In this document: positions 17,133 to 25,113 of the stretch, piece by piece
Layout: each line of letters begins with the position of its first letter
Numbering within the stretch: the first letter of the stretch is position 1
Virus record (IMG/VR): IMGVR_UViG_3300037479_000622
Location: 1-30,264 of that record
DNA from: a virus
Lineage: Duplodnaviria > Caudoviricetes
DNA length: 30,264 nucleotides
Direction: 5' to 3' (one strand)
Position numbers and translations under genes: made by a program
Notes under the pieces: model-generated
Databases searched by the model: none
Told to the model about the DNA's origin: nothing
The model's input: only the letters and a program-made list of their open reading frames with translations

Positions 17133-17552
17133 ATGGCTGTAATCGGTTTGACCTCGAAAGTAGAGATTGACACCAACGGTTCCGGTAGCTGGTCTACCAT
17201 TAGCGAAGCGACGATGATTAACGTGCCGAGCTATGAAGTCTCGGTAGTTGACGCATCCCACCTAGCGGTTTCCAGTGCTAACAAGCTGTTTATTCCGGGT
17301 ATGAAGGATGCTGGCGTCTTGTCCTTTGAATGCAATTACACAAAGGCTACGTTGCAGTTGCTCAACACTCACCGGGGCATCATGCGAAACTGGCGCGTCA
17401 CGTTTGTAGATGACGATGGCACCGGACCAAACACGCAACTTGTAATGACTTTTGAAGGCTTCATCACCAAGACCGAAACCGCCCTCGAAATGGAAAACGT
17501 CGTTCGCATCAAGACAGACGTGAAGGTTTCTGGTGGCGTGACACTAGCTTAA
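17133..17552 (+). CDS. Major tail (tube) protein
   Basis: 139 aa; I..PS.....VD.SH......K.FIPG.KDAG.LSF..NY, FEGFIT, VKVSG; position before the chaperone and tape measure genes. Confidence 0.88.
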   Translation: MAVIGLTSKVEIDTNGSGSWSTISEATMINVPSYEVSVVDASHLAVSSANKLFIPGMKDAGVLSFECNYTKATLQLLNTHRGIMRNWRVTFVDDDGTGPNTQLVMTFEGFITKTETALEMENVVRIKTDVKVSGGVTLA

Positions 17553-17556
17553 TGTT

Positions 17557-17889
17557 ATGAGTAGAGAAATCATCCTTAGCCGAAAGCATGTAACGGTAAA
17601 GCCTGTCACCACAGAGCAGGGAACCGTCTACGTTCGCAGCCTATCCAATGCACAGCTTCGCAAGATAGCGGCACTGGAACAGGAAGCGAAGACCGAAGCC
17701 GACAAGACGCTAGCGGTACTACCCTGGTTGATCGTTTACGGCTGCTGTGACTCGCAAGGCAATCCGGTCTTTTCCGAGGCAGACATTCCGGCGATTGATG
17801 ACCTTCCCCCCGATTACCTCGCAACACTAGCGGCGGAAGTCTCAAAGCTGGTGAACGGTACGAAGCTGGAAGACGCTAAAAAAAACTAG
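17557..17889 (+). CDS. Tail assembly chaperone (gpG-like)
   Basis: 110 aa; GTVYVRSLS, GCCDSQGNPVF, ends AKKN on a slippery A-run. Confidence 0.85.
   Translation: MSREIILSRKHVTVKPVTTEQGTVYVRSLSNAQLRKIAALEQEAKTEADKTLAVLPWLIVYGCCDSQGNPVFSEADIPAIDDLPPDYLATLAAEVSKLVNGTKLEDAKKN
17878..17886 (+). other. Programmed -1 frameshift site (A AAA AAC) giving the gpGT-like fusion
   Basis: Eight A residues then C; the -1 frame is open (KKLETDSDLHFCMRL...) into ORF 17916-18185. Confidence 0.85.
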
Positions 17890-17915
17890 AGACTGACTCC
17901 GATTTACATTTCTGC

Positions 17916-18185
17916 ATGCGCCTAGCGGCTAATCTTGGGATGACGCTAGGCGATATCCTCGACCTGACACAAGACGAAATCACCTACTGGAAAGCTTACG
18001 AACTGACCTACGGGCTTCCGTTCACCCGCCTTGAATGGTCCATCGCAATCGGATCAACAGCAACCGCTAACAGCATGGGCGCGAAGCTGAAGGCGTCTGA
18101 CCTCATCCCGCGCATCGAACAGCCCATCACAGACGTAGCAACCGCACGCGCGTTCCTCGCATCTCGTTTCGGAATTGCTGACTAG
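17916..18185 (+). CDS. Tail assembly chaperone C-terminal (T) segment, expressed via frameshift
   Basis: LA..LGMT..........E...W.AY pattern, in the -1 frame relative to gpG, directly before the tape measure gene. Confidence 0.8.
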   Translation: MRLAANLGMTLGDILDLTQDEITYWKAYELTYGLPFTRLEWSIAIGSTATANSMGAKLKASDLIPRIEQPITDVATARAFLASRFGIAD

Positions 18186-18205
18186 CAGCCCTACATAGCT
18201 TTACT

Positions 18206-19669
18206 ATGGCGGGATCAATCGGAAAAGCAGCACTCATCCTGACGGCTGATGCAAGCAAGCTACACAGCGGACTAGACAAAGCGGGCAGTGAAGCCAAGTC
18301 AAAGGTTGGCAGCATTGCATCTAGCTTGAAGGGCGGTTTTGTTGCGGGCTTGGGTATCGCAGCAGCGCAAGGCGTTGTTGATATCGTCCAGTCCATCGCG
18401 GGCAAGTTCGGCGAGCTATCCGGCAAGATCGACGGGGCGAGCAAGGCGGCACGCAGCTTAGGTACCGATACCGCTACCTTCATGGGTTGGCAACACGCAG
18501 CCGACCTCTCCGGGGTATCCGTTGAACAACTCGAAACAGCGCTAGGCAAGTTCCGCCAGTCAGTCAGCGGACCTATGGATGAGGCGCTATACGCTTTCGC
18601 GGACAAGCTGCAAGGCGTCAGCGATCCGGGCGAACGCGCGAAGATGGCGGTTGAGGCGTTCGGCAAAGCTGGCGTCAAAATGCTGCCCATGCTGGAAGGC
18701 GGATCGGCGGGCATCAAGGACATGGTTGAGGAAGCCAAGCGCCTTGGCATTGCCCTGGATGACGTACAAGGGCAGAAGATCGAAGCCGCTAACGATGCCA
18801 TCACCAGGGTAAAGGCTAGTATTGCTGGCGTTATCAACCGTGTCCTAGTGGCAATGGCACCAGTGGTTGAGAAGCTAGGCGCGGCAATCGTCAACGTCAT
18901 GACAAAGCTAGCGCCCCTCTTTGACTTCCTCGCAGAAGCACTATCGACCTATTGGGAAGTGATGATTGCCTTTTGGGGCGAAGTCTTCAACGCCATTTGG
19001 GAAGTAATCAAGTCGGTAGGCGAGTTCATCTCGGAAATCTTCAACCTCAGTGGCGTTACTCTGACAGCGCGTGACGTAGTGCTAGGCGTGCTGAAGGCTA
19101 TTGGCATCGGCTTCGCCTACGTTTGGGACACCATCAAAGTAGGGGCGGGAGTCATTGCCTACGTTGCCAGCTTCCTAGTTGAAGGCTTCGGCAAAGTGGT
19201 GAAGATGCTGCGTCACGTCTTCGAGCTAGCAAAGGAATTGCCTGATGCCGTCCGCCCTAGCTGGCTGGACAAAGCAATTGATGGCGTGATCGAGTTTGAC
19301 AAGAAGACGGAAGAGACAGCAAAGAAGATGCGTTCATGGGGCGAGGGGACATGGAAGAACTTCGGCAAGAGCGCTGATGACGTGCGGAAGTGGTTCCAGC
19401 AATTCGACAAGGAAAAGGACAAGCCGAAGCCGAAGGGGGCAGCAGCAGCGCCCGCCGAAGAAAAGAAGATGGAATACAAAGCGGTTCAGGCAATGGTGCA
19501 AGGCAGCCGCGAGGCAATCAGCGTTGAAGCCCGGTTCCGCACGCAGCAAATCATTGACAAAGACAAGCTAGCCAAAGAGCAGCTTAACGAAGCCAAAAAA
19601 GCCAACGAAGAGCTAAAGAAGATTGCTGCTGCCGTTGCTGGCGGGGCTATCGTGTTTGGGGCGTTCTAA
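18206..19669 (+). CDS. Tape measure protein
   Basis: 487 aa, Ala/Gly/Lys-rich helical; IGKAALILTADASKL..GL, AVEAFGKAG..MLPML.GG; CCTACATA at 18190. Confidence 0.9.
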   Translation: MAGSIGKAALILTADASKLHSGLDKAGSEAKSKVGSIASSLKGGFVAGLGIAAAQGVVDIVQSIAGKFGELSGKIDGASKAARSLGTDTATFMGWQHAADLSGVSVEQLETALGKFRQSVSGPMDEALYAFADKLQGVSDPGERAKMAVEAFGKAGVKMLPMLEGGSAGIKDMVEEAKRLGIALDDVQGQKIEAANDAITRVKASIAGVINRVLVAMAPVVEKLGAAIVNVMTKLAPLFDFLAEALSTYWEVMIAFWGEVFNAIWEVIKSVGEFISEIFNLSGVTLTARDVVLGVLKAIGIGFAYVWDTIKVGAGVIAYVASFLVEGFGKVVKMLRHVFELAKELPDAVRPSWLDKAIDGVIEFDKKTEETAKKMRSWGEGTWKNFGKSADDVRKWFQQFDKEKDKPKPKGAAAAPAEEKKMEYKAVQAMVQGSREAISVEARFRTQQIIDKDKLAKEQLNEAKKANEELKKIAAAVAGGAIVFGAF

Positions 19670-19748
19670 ATGAGCAAGACCGAAAAGCTATTGCTACTGA
19701 CATACATACTGCGAGTTGCTAGGGTTCCGTATGTCTTGACGGAGGATC

Positions 19749-20636
19749 ATGAGTGTAATCTATGTAAGCGAGCGGAAGAGAGAGGGACGCAGAGACGAAA
19801 AGGGGATTCGGTACTACACGCGGACATTTCAGGTAGTGACCGACAACCCGCAGGACGGACCCCTTGTAGCGAGTAGCGGGGTTGGGATTCTGCTGTATTC
19901 GTCCTACATCACGCCGAATGAATCAGACCTCTTCGCAATCTGTAAGAACATCGAATGCCACCTAGAGCCGGATCAGTTGACGGTATGGGAATGCGTTTAC
20001 AGCTACGATTCCGCGCCGTTCGATCAGAAGGGCGGCGGACCACAAGGGCAAGGCAACCCGCAGCAGGGCAACAACCAACAGAACCCTACGGCACGTCCCT
20101 GGCAACTTGAGTTCGGCAGCAACAAAACAACCAAGCTACTGACTAAAGACCTCAACAACAAAGAGGTAGTCGCCAGCAACGGGCAGCCGTTTGACCCCCC
20201 GCTAGAAGTACCGGCAGCCTTCCCGACCATCACGATTACAGCTTACAAGGCGTTCGCTGTCTTCGCGGAAGTGCCGTTCTACACCAACGCCATCAACTCG
20301 GATGCATGGCAAGGCTTCGCGCCGAAAACGCTGCGATGCACGGATTACAAGCTACAGACGCAGTACGAAAACGGCGCTTACTTCTGGCAGAAGACCGTTG
20401 TTCTTGAAGTCCACCCGGACAGCACTTGGAACCCGGTCAAGATTCTGGACGCGGGCACATTCGAGAAAGTCAGCGAGAACCCGGATAAGCCGGTTCAGCC
20501 CATCGAAATCAACGGGCAGCCTGTTACCTCTCCGGTCCCTCTGAACGGCGCGGGCAAGCGGCTAGCTGCTGGCGCACAGCTTGTCTACCTCGACTTCCAA
20601 GCATACCGCGAAGTGCCGTTTGCCAACATCATCTAA
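19749..20636 (+). CDS. Putative tail-tip / distal tail protein
   Basis: 295 aa beta-rich, immediately after the tape measure gene; RBS GGAGGA; CATACATA at 19701. Confidence 0.7.
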   Translation: MSVIYVSERKREGRRDEKGIRYYTRTFQVVTDNPQDGPLVASSGVGILLYSSYITPNESDLFAICKNIECHLEPDQLTVWECVYSYDSAPFDQKGGGPQGQGNPQQGNNQQNPTARPWQLEFGSNKTTKLLTKDLNNKEVVASNGQPFDPPLEVPAAFPTITITAYKAFAVFAEVPFYTNAINSDAWQGFAPKTLRCTDYKLQTQYENGAYFWQKTVVLEVHPDSTWNPVKILDAGTFEKVSENPDKPVQPIEINGQPVTSPVPLNGAGKRLAAGAQLVYLDFQAYREVPFANII

Positions 20637-20645
20637 GGGGGGCAA

Positions 20646-21446
20646 GTGGCAGAGCAGTATTTCGTCTTAACGCAGGACACCAAGACCGAGGTAGAGCGGC
20701 TAGTTGATACCAAGCCGGGCATGACCTACGGGCACGGCAAGGGCGCGGGCAATCGTCCGGTATCGACCGTCAAGGTAACGGGCTGCTTCAACCTGACCTA
20801 TCAGGCATACCCCGGCATCATCCAGATTTGGGACGACTTTAGCGGGCAGTGGAAAGACCAAGACGCCTGTTGGATCAGCGATGTAAACAACGCCACGCTG
20901 TCAATTGACAAGCGTTACCACGCGATCAACTACGGGCGGCTTGAAGCGGACGTAGACAAGAAACCGCACCTAAAGACGGATAGCTGCTGCGTCGGTTCCG
21001 CCTCTTGCTCTTCCTCGCAGTCAAGCAGCCAGAGCAGTTCTCAGAGCAGCAGCCAACCGTCTAGCTCGCAGCCGTCATCCTCGCAGCCGTCAAGCAGCAA
21101 CCCGTCTAGCAGCACCAGCAATCCGAGCGCGTCTAGCTCATCCTCGCAGAGCGGATCAAGCAGCAGCAGCCAGTCAGGATCAAGCAGCAGTAGCCATAGC
21201 GGATCAAGTAGCAGCCAGAGCGGAAGCAGCAGCCAGTCAGGTAGCGACAGCGGAAGCAGCAGCAATCCGAGCGGTTCAAGTAGCTCTTCCGGCTGCACGG
21301 ATCAAATCTGCGTTGTGACCGATGTTGCCTGCGTCAACGGGCAGCTTGTGGTTACTAAGAAGTGTTACAGCATCGTCAACGGTCAATTCTGCGAAGTGCA
21401 GCAGAGCAGTAGCGGCGGAGGCGGCGGACCACCACCACCACCGTAA
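20646..21446 (+). CDS. Putative virion protein with long Ser-rich linker and Cys-rich domains
   Basis: 266 aa, GTG start with G-rich RBS; about 95-residue S/Q/G/P tract; CC..C and C..C..C..C..C flanks; ends GGGGGPPPPP. Confidence 0.75.
   Translation: MAEQYFVLTQDTKTEVERLVDTKPGMTYGHGKGAGNRPVSTVKVTGCFNLTYQAYPGIIQIWDDFSGQWKDQDACWISDVNNATLSIDKRYHAINYGRLEADVDKKPHLKTDSCCVGSASCSSSQSSSQSSSQSSSQPSSSQPSSSQPSSSNPSSSTSNPSASSSSSQSGSSSSSQSGSSSSSHSGSSSSQSGSSSQSGSDSGSSSNPSGSSSSSGCTDQICVVTDVACVNGQLVVTKKCYSIVNGQFCEVQQSSSGGGGGPPPPP
21001..21292 (+). repeat. Low-complexity Ser-coding repeats (SSSQ/SSSQP/SGSSS units)
   Basis: Repeated agcagc / tcctcgcag / ggatcaagcagcag units. Confidence 0.85.
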
Positions 21447-21455
21447 AGGGGAAGC

Positions 21456-21833
21456 ATGGCTATAACTTCATCGTCACTAGACGGCGGAAGCGATAGCAGT
21501 AGCTCTAGCGGTTCCTGCCAATGCTGTTGCTGTCCGTCTTCCGAATCGCTCTCCGGTCCCTCAAGCAGCGCTGTTGAAGCCACGATGGTTGAAGGCACCG
21601 GCGGCAGCGAAGAGATTCCGTCTACGTTCTATCTCAGCTTCGGCGACACTACCTTAGCAATGGCAAGCCCGCGCCCTGGTGTGTGGCAGAGCAGAGACAA
21701 CCGCTACACTTTCCACCGGAACGGGCTGCTTGACATTGCCACTATCGGCAAGGCTACCCCCTCGCAGTGGTCTACCGCGCCGTTTGAAGTGGTCTACCAG
21801 ACGCCATCAGGAGAAATCACGCTAACGCTATGA
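21456..21833 (+). CDS. Ser/Cys-rich hypothetical virion-region protein
   Basis: 125 aa; SSSSSGSCQCCCCPSS; RBS AAGGGG; ATGA overlap with the next gene. Confidence 0.7.
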   Translation: MAITSSSLDGGSDSSSSSGSCQCCCCPSSESLSGPSSSAVEATMVEGTGGSEEIPSTFYLSFGDTTLAMASPRPGVWQSRDNRYTFHRNGLLDIATIGKATPSQWSTAPFEVVYQTPSGEITLTL

Positions 21834-22093
21834 TTGAATGCGATTGCCAACAGCCCGGCTTCTGCCCTCACTACCAACGCCAGTTCACCCGGCGACAGTG
21901 GGAGATTGCGCGGGGCATCAGGATCAGTGAAGGCGAACGAAAGCTATACCTCGACAAGTGGGAGCAAGAGCTAGTCGAGAAGGGAGGTAGCCCGGACCAG
22001 GGCGGCACCTTTCACGCCAGCCCACCAACCGAAAACGGCTGCCACTGCAACCGGGGACCACGCGCCGAAGACGGACGCAGACGAGTACGCTGA
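21830..22093 (+). CDS. Small Cys-containing hypothetical protein (possibly N-terminal part of the glycosyltransferase gene)
   Basis: 87 aa; ECDC..GFCP..GCHC; stop lies where the GT frame acquires its conserved N-terminus. Confidence 0.6.
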   Translation: MIECDCQQPGFCPHYQRQFTRRQWEIARGIRISEGERKLYLDKWEQELVEKGGSPDQGGTFHASPPTENGCHCNRGPRAEDGRRRVR

Positions 22094-22094
22094 A

Positions 22095-23753
22095 AAGCTG
22101 ATTCTGCACAACAGCCAGTGTCCCGGCGATCATCTCGGCATTACGGCTGCCCTCGAATGCCTGCACCGCCTCTACCCTGGTGAGTACCTGACAGACGTTC
22201 GGACCAATCACCCGGACTGCTACGCCAACAACCCGCGCGTTACGCCGATCCCCGATGACCAGGGCAGGCGTATCGACATGCACTGTCCGCTAATCAACCG
22301 CAGCAATCAACAGCCAGTGCATTTCATGGACGCATGGACGCAGCACCTTGCCAACCAGCTTGGCAGACCTCTGCAACTGGTGGTAAACCGCCCCTACGTC
22401 TACCTGACCGAGCATGAACAGCGCTTCCGCCCGGCTGCCGCACCGCCAACCGGCAAGTACGCCGTGATTAACGCGAGCTACAAAAGCTGCTACCCTCTGA
22501 AGCATCCAGGGCACAAGCTGTATCAAGCCATCGTTGACCACTTCCGCGACCGGATTACCTTTGTGCAGACGGGGGACGCCAAAGAGCATTACCGCGAGCT
22601 ACAGGGACCGAACGTAATCAACGCCATCGGGAAGACCAGCGTTCGGGACTACATCCGGCTTTGCTATCACGCGGAATTCGGCATCGGACCAGTAACAAGC
22701 ACACTGCATATCTTCGCAGCGTTTCAGAAGCCGTATTTTTGCTTCAACACCAGGGAACCTAACTCTTGGCTGTTCTATCCCTCAGTGCAGTTCATTACCT
22801 CGAATGGCTTGCTGCCTTGCAACCGCTACGGCGCGTGCTGGCACAACAAAGCCGATCCTGCTTCCCCCGACCGCAACATTTGCGAGCGACCACACTTTAT
22901 AGATGGGGAATGGATACCGGAATGCGCCAAGATCATCAACCCGGCAAGCGTCTGCGAGCGCATCGAAGCTATGTACAACTCAGGGATGTTGACCTATGAA
23001 CCAAGAGCTATGACCGAGACACCGAAAAGCATCATTCCCGACAACCCGACCGTAGGCATTGCGATTGCAACTCACGCCTGCGTTCCTTATGTCCATATGC
23101 AGCTAGAGGCACGGAAGCGGTTCTATCCCGACGTTCCCGCCCTGGTAGTCGATGACTGCTCACCAGACTTCCGCGAGCTAGCCAACCTCTGCAAGCAGTA
23201 CGGCGCAGACTTCATCAGCAACCCTCAGAGGCTAGGGCACGTCAAGGGGGACATTGCCAGTTACCGCCACGCTATCCAGTGGGCAGCAGCCAAAGGGCTT
23301 GACCTAGTGGTGAAGGTTTCCCGCCGATGGATCATCATGAAGCCGTGGGTTGAAGACTTCAAGCGCCTTGCGATCCTGACGCAGTACCCGACCTACAGCA
23401 ACCGTTGCGATCATTACGGCTTCGGCTTTCGCAGTGAGTGTATCGGGCTTCATGTTGATAGCTGGTTGCAGACAGTCCCGACGATGTTGGAAGCGATCCA
23501 GGGACCAGACCCCGGACTAGCAGAGGCGTTCTACGATCAGCGTTGCAGCCAAGCTATTCCCCTCTGCGAGATGGCAAAAGACTATCAAGCCGAGCATCCG
23601 GGTTGGGCGACTTGGGATTTGTTGGGCACCAACCGGCATGCGGTCCCACCGTGGATACTCTGGCACAACGCGCTAACGCCAGAGGTTTATCATATGAAGG
23701 CGAAAGAATGGGGATTGCCTTACAGCGTTGAAGCGTTCCGGCAAGTACCGTGA
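22095..23753 (+). CDS. Two-domain glycosyltransferase (GT9/GT-B-like plus GT2/GT-A-like); true start unresolved
   Basis: Frame open from 21975; KLILHNSQCPGDHLGITAALECLHRLYPG..DVRT..NNPRV lies upstream of the annotated ATG 22278; IGKTSVRDYIRL.YHAEFGIGPVTSTLHIFAAF.KP; second domain VGIAIATH..ALVVDDCSP. Confidence 0.8.
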   Translation, partial: KLILHNSQCPGDHLGITAALECLHRLYPGEYLTDVRTNHPDCYANNPRVTPIPDDQGRRIDMHCPLINRSNQQPVHFMDAWTQHLANQLGRPLQLVVNRPYVYLTEHEQRFRPAAAPPTGKYAVINASYKSCYPLKHPGHKLYQAIVDHFRDRITFVQTGDAKEHYRELQGPNVINAIGKTSVRDYIRLCYHAEFGIGPVTSTLHIFAAFQKPYFCFNTREPNSWLFYPSVQFITSNGLLPCNRYGACWHNKADPASPDRNICERPHFIDGEWIPECAKIINPASVCERIEAMYNSGMLTYEPRAMTETPKSIIPDNPTVGIAIATHACVPYVHMQLEARKRFYPDVPALVVDDCSPDFRELANLCKQYGADFISNPQRLGHVKGDIASYRHAIQWAAAKGLDLVVKVSRRWIIMKPWVEDFKRLAILTQYPTYSNRCDHYGFGFRSECIGLHVDSWLQTVPTMLEAIQGPDPGLAEAFYDQRCSQAIPLCEMAKDYQAEHPGWATWDLLGTNRHAVPPWILWHNALTPEVYHMKAKEWGLPYSVEAFRQVP

Positions 23754-23785
23754 AAGGAAGCCTGCCGGGTAGTTGAAGAAGGAGA

Positions 23786-24100
23786 ATGCCGAAAACCACC
23801 TACCCGGCAGGCAGGAGAAACGAGCCACACTTATCTAGTAACCGAGGGGGGAAATTGAGAGAGAATCTTGAAAAGGCACGGCAACTGAAGCAGCAGCTAA
23901 AGCAATCCTTCAACCTCTACACCAAGACCGAGGTAGCAGAGGCAGCAGGCGTCTACCCTTGCCAGTTGAACTACTGGATTCACCGAGGCGTCATCCCTGC
24001 CCCGACCGTCTACTATCACAAGCTGTACCCCTTCTACACCGAAGAGCAGCGTAGCGCCATTGTCGAGATACTAGCCAACGTCATCAAGCGGCGGAAGTGA
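23786..24100 (+). CDS. MerR/excisionase-like HTH DNA-binding protein
   Basis: LYTKTEVAEAAGVYPCQLNYWIHRGVIPAP..YTEEQ...I; RBS AAGGAG. Confidence 0.75.
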   Translation: MPKTTYPAGRRNEPHLSSNRGGKLRENLEKARQLKQQLKQSFNLYTKTEVAEAAGVYPCQLNYWIHRGVIPAPTVYYHKLYPFYTEEQRSAIVEILANVIKRRK

Positions 24101-24102
24101 AG

Positions 24103-25113
24103 CTATTCGCAGGCTTCTGCTTCATCCTCGACACGGACGCCGAAGAGCCGACCGAAGTTGTAGCGCCATTGCAGGGCGAAACTCATCCCGATTAAGCCAT
24201 CAAGGGGGCTAGCTAGCAGGCGCGACCATTCGTTGTCGTTTGGCACCCGACCTAGTTCCTTTTGAACCTCGACTACCCAATTATCAGCAGCGTCAATGAC
24301 CCCAAGCTGAAGCGGAGCGATCTTCAGAATTGCCCGGAGCGCGTCGATATCTGAATCCGGCAGCAGGGTTTTGTCTTTCCTCAGCTTCTCTGCATTCTTC
24401 GTTTTGAAGTCGGCTTCCGCTTCAGCAATGATTGCCTTTATCTGTGTATCGTCTTGAAGGTTGTCGATCAGCTTCACCAGCTTCTTAGCGCGCCAATCAC
24501 TTTGGTTGACGAAAGCAAGGAACCGCAGAACCTTCTTTGCCCATGATTCGTTCTGCGAGAGCAGCCAATCACGCTGTTTCTTTGCTAGGCGGCATAACCC
24601 TTCGTCAGCAATCTGCGTCTTCGTCAGGTATCGCCACTTGGTTATCTGAAGACGAAGCGGGGGCTTTTTCTTCGCCTCTTGGTAGTCAGTGAGCAGGACT
24701 AGCGCATCATGTTCGCTGCCTAGCAGTCTCTCGTATGCTGAGAAAAACGGTTCGCTAGTGCAGTAGTTCTCTGAAGGCGACTTGCAGCCCATATCCAAAT
24801 CAGGCAAATCAACACCACGCGCCGGGTTGATCTTCAGGGGCGGGATTCCGAGGCTTGCGAAAGTGTCGGTTTCCAGAACGGCAACAAGGATCATCTCGAC
24901 TACGCTGCCGATAGTCTTGCCGTCCAGATTTGGCAGTGTAGCGTCTGACTTCAGCTTTTCGTACCAGTGCGGCAGGTTGCCCCCGCGACCGAGGCGCTTC
25001 AACACCGCTTCAAGGTTCGCTAGGTTCTCCCCACGGAGCGCAGCATTGACCTTCCCGATTAGGGGATCAAGATTGCTACGCACAATCTGCCGAAGTTCTT
25101 CTTTAGTAGGCAT
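24103..25113 (-). CDS. Putative Type II restriction endonuclease (PD-(D/E)XK)
   Basis: 336 aa from ATG 25113; G..VE...RGVDLPDLDMGCKSP catalytic-like motif; overlaps the end of the C5-MTase gene. Confidence 0.7.
   Translation of the reverse strand: MPTKEELRQIVRSNLDPLIGKVNAALRGENLANLEAVLKRLGRGGNLPHWYEKLKSDATLPNLDGKTIGSVVEMILVAVLETDTFASLGIPPLKINPARGVDLPDLDMGCKSPSENYCTSEPFFSAYERLLGSEHDALVLLTDYQEAKKKPPLRLQITKWRYLTKTQIADEGLCRLAKKQRDWLLSQNESWAKKVLRFLAFVNQSDWRAKKLVKLIDNLQDDTQIKAIIAEAEADFKTKNAEKLRKDKTLLPDSDIDALRAILKIAPLQLGVIDAADNWVVEVQKELGRVPNDNEWSRLLASPLDGLIGMSFALQWRYNFGRLFGVRVEDEAEACE

Noticed and set aside
19670-19876. 68-aa ORF directly after the tape measure stop
   Set aside because: Overlaps the better-supported 19749 gene and its promoter and RBS region; no recognisable features
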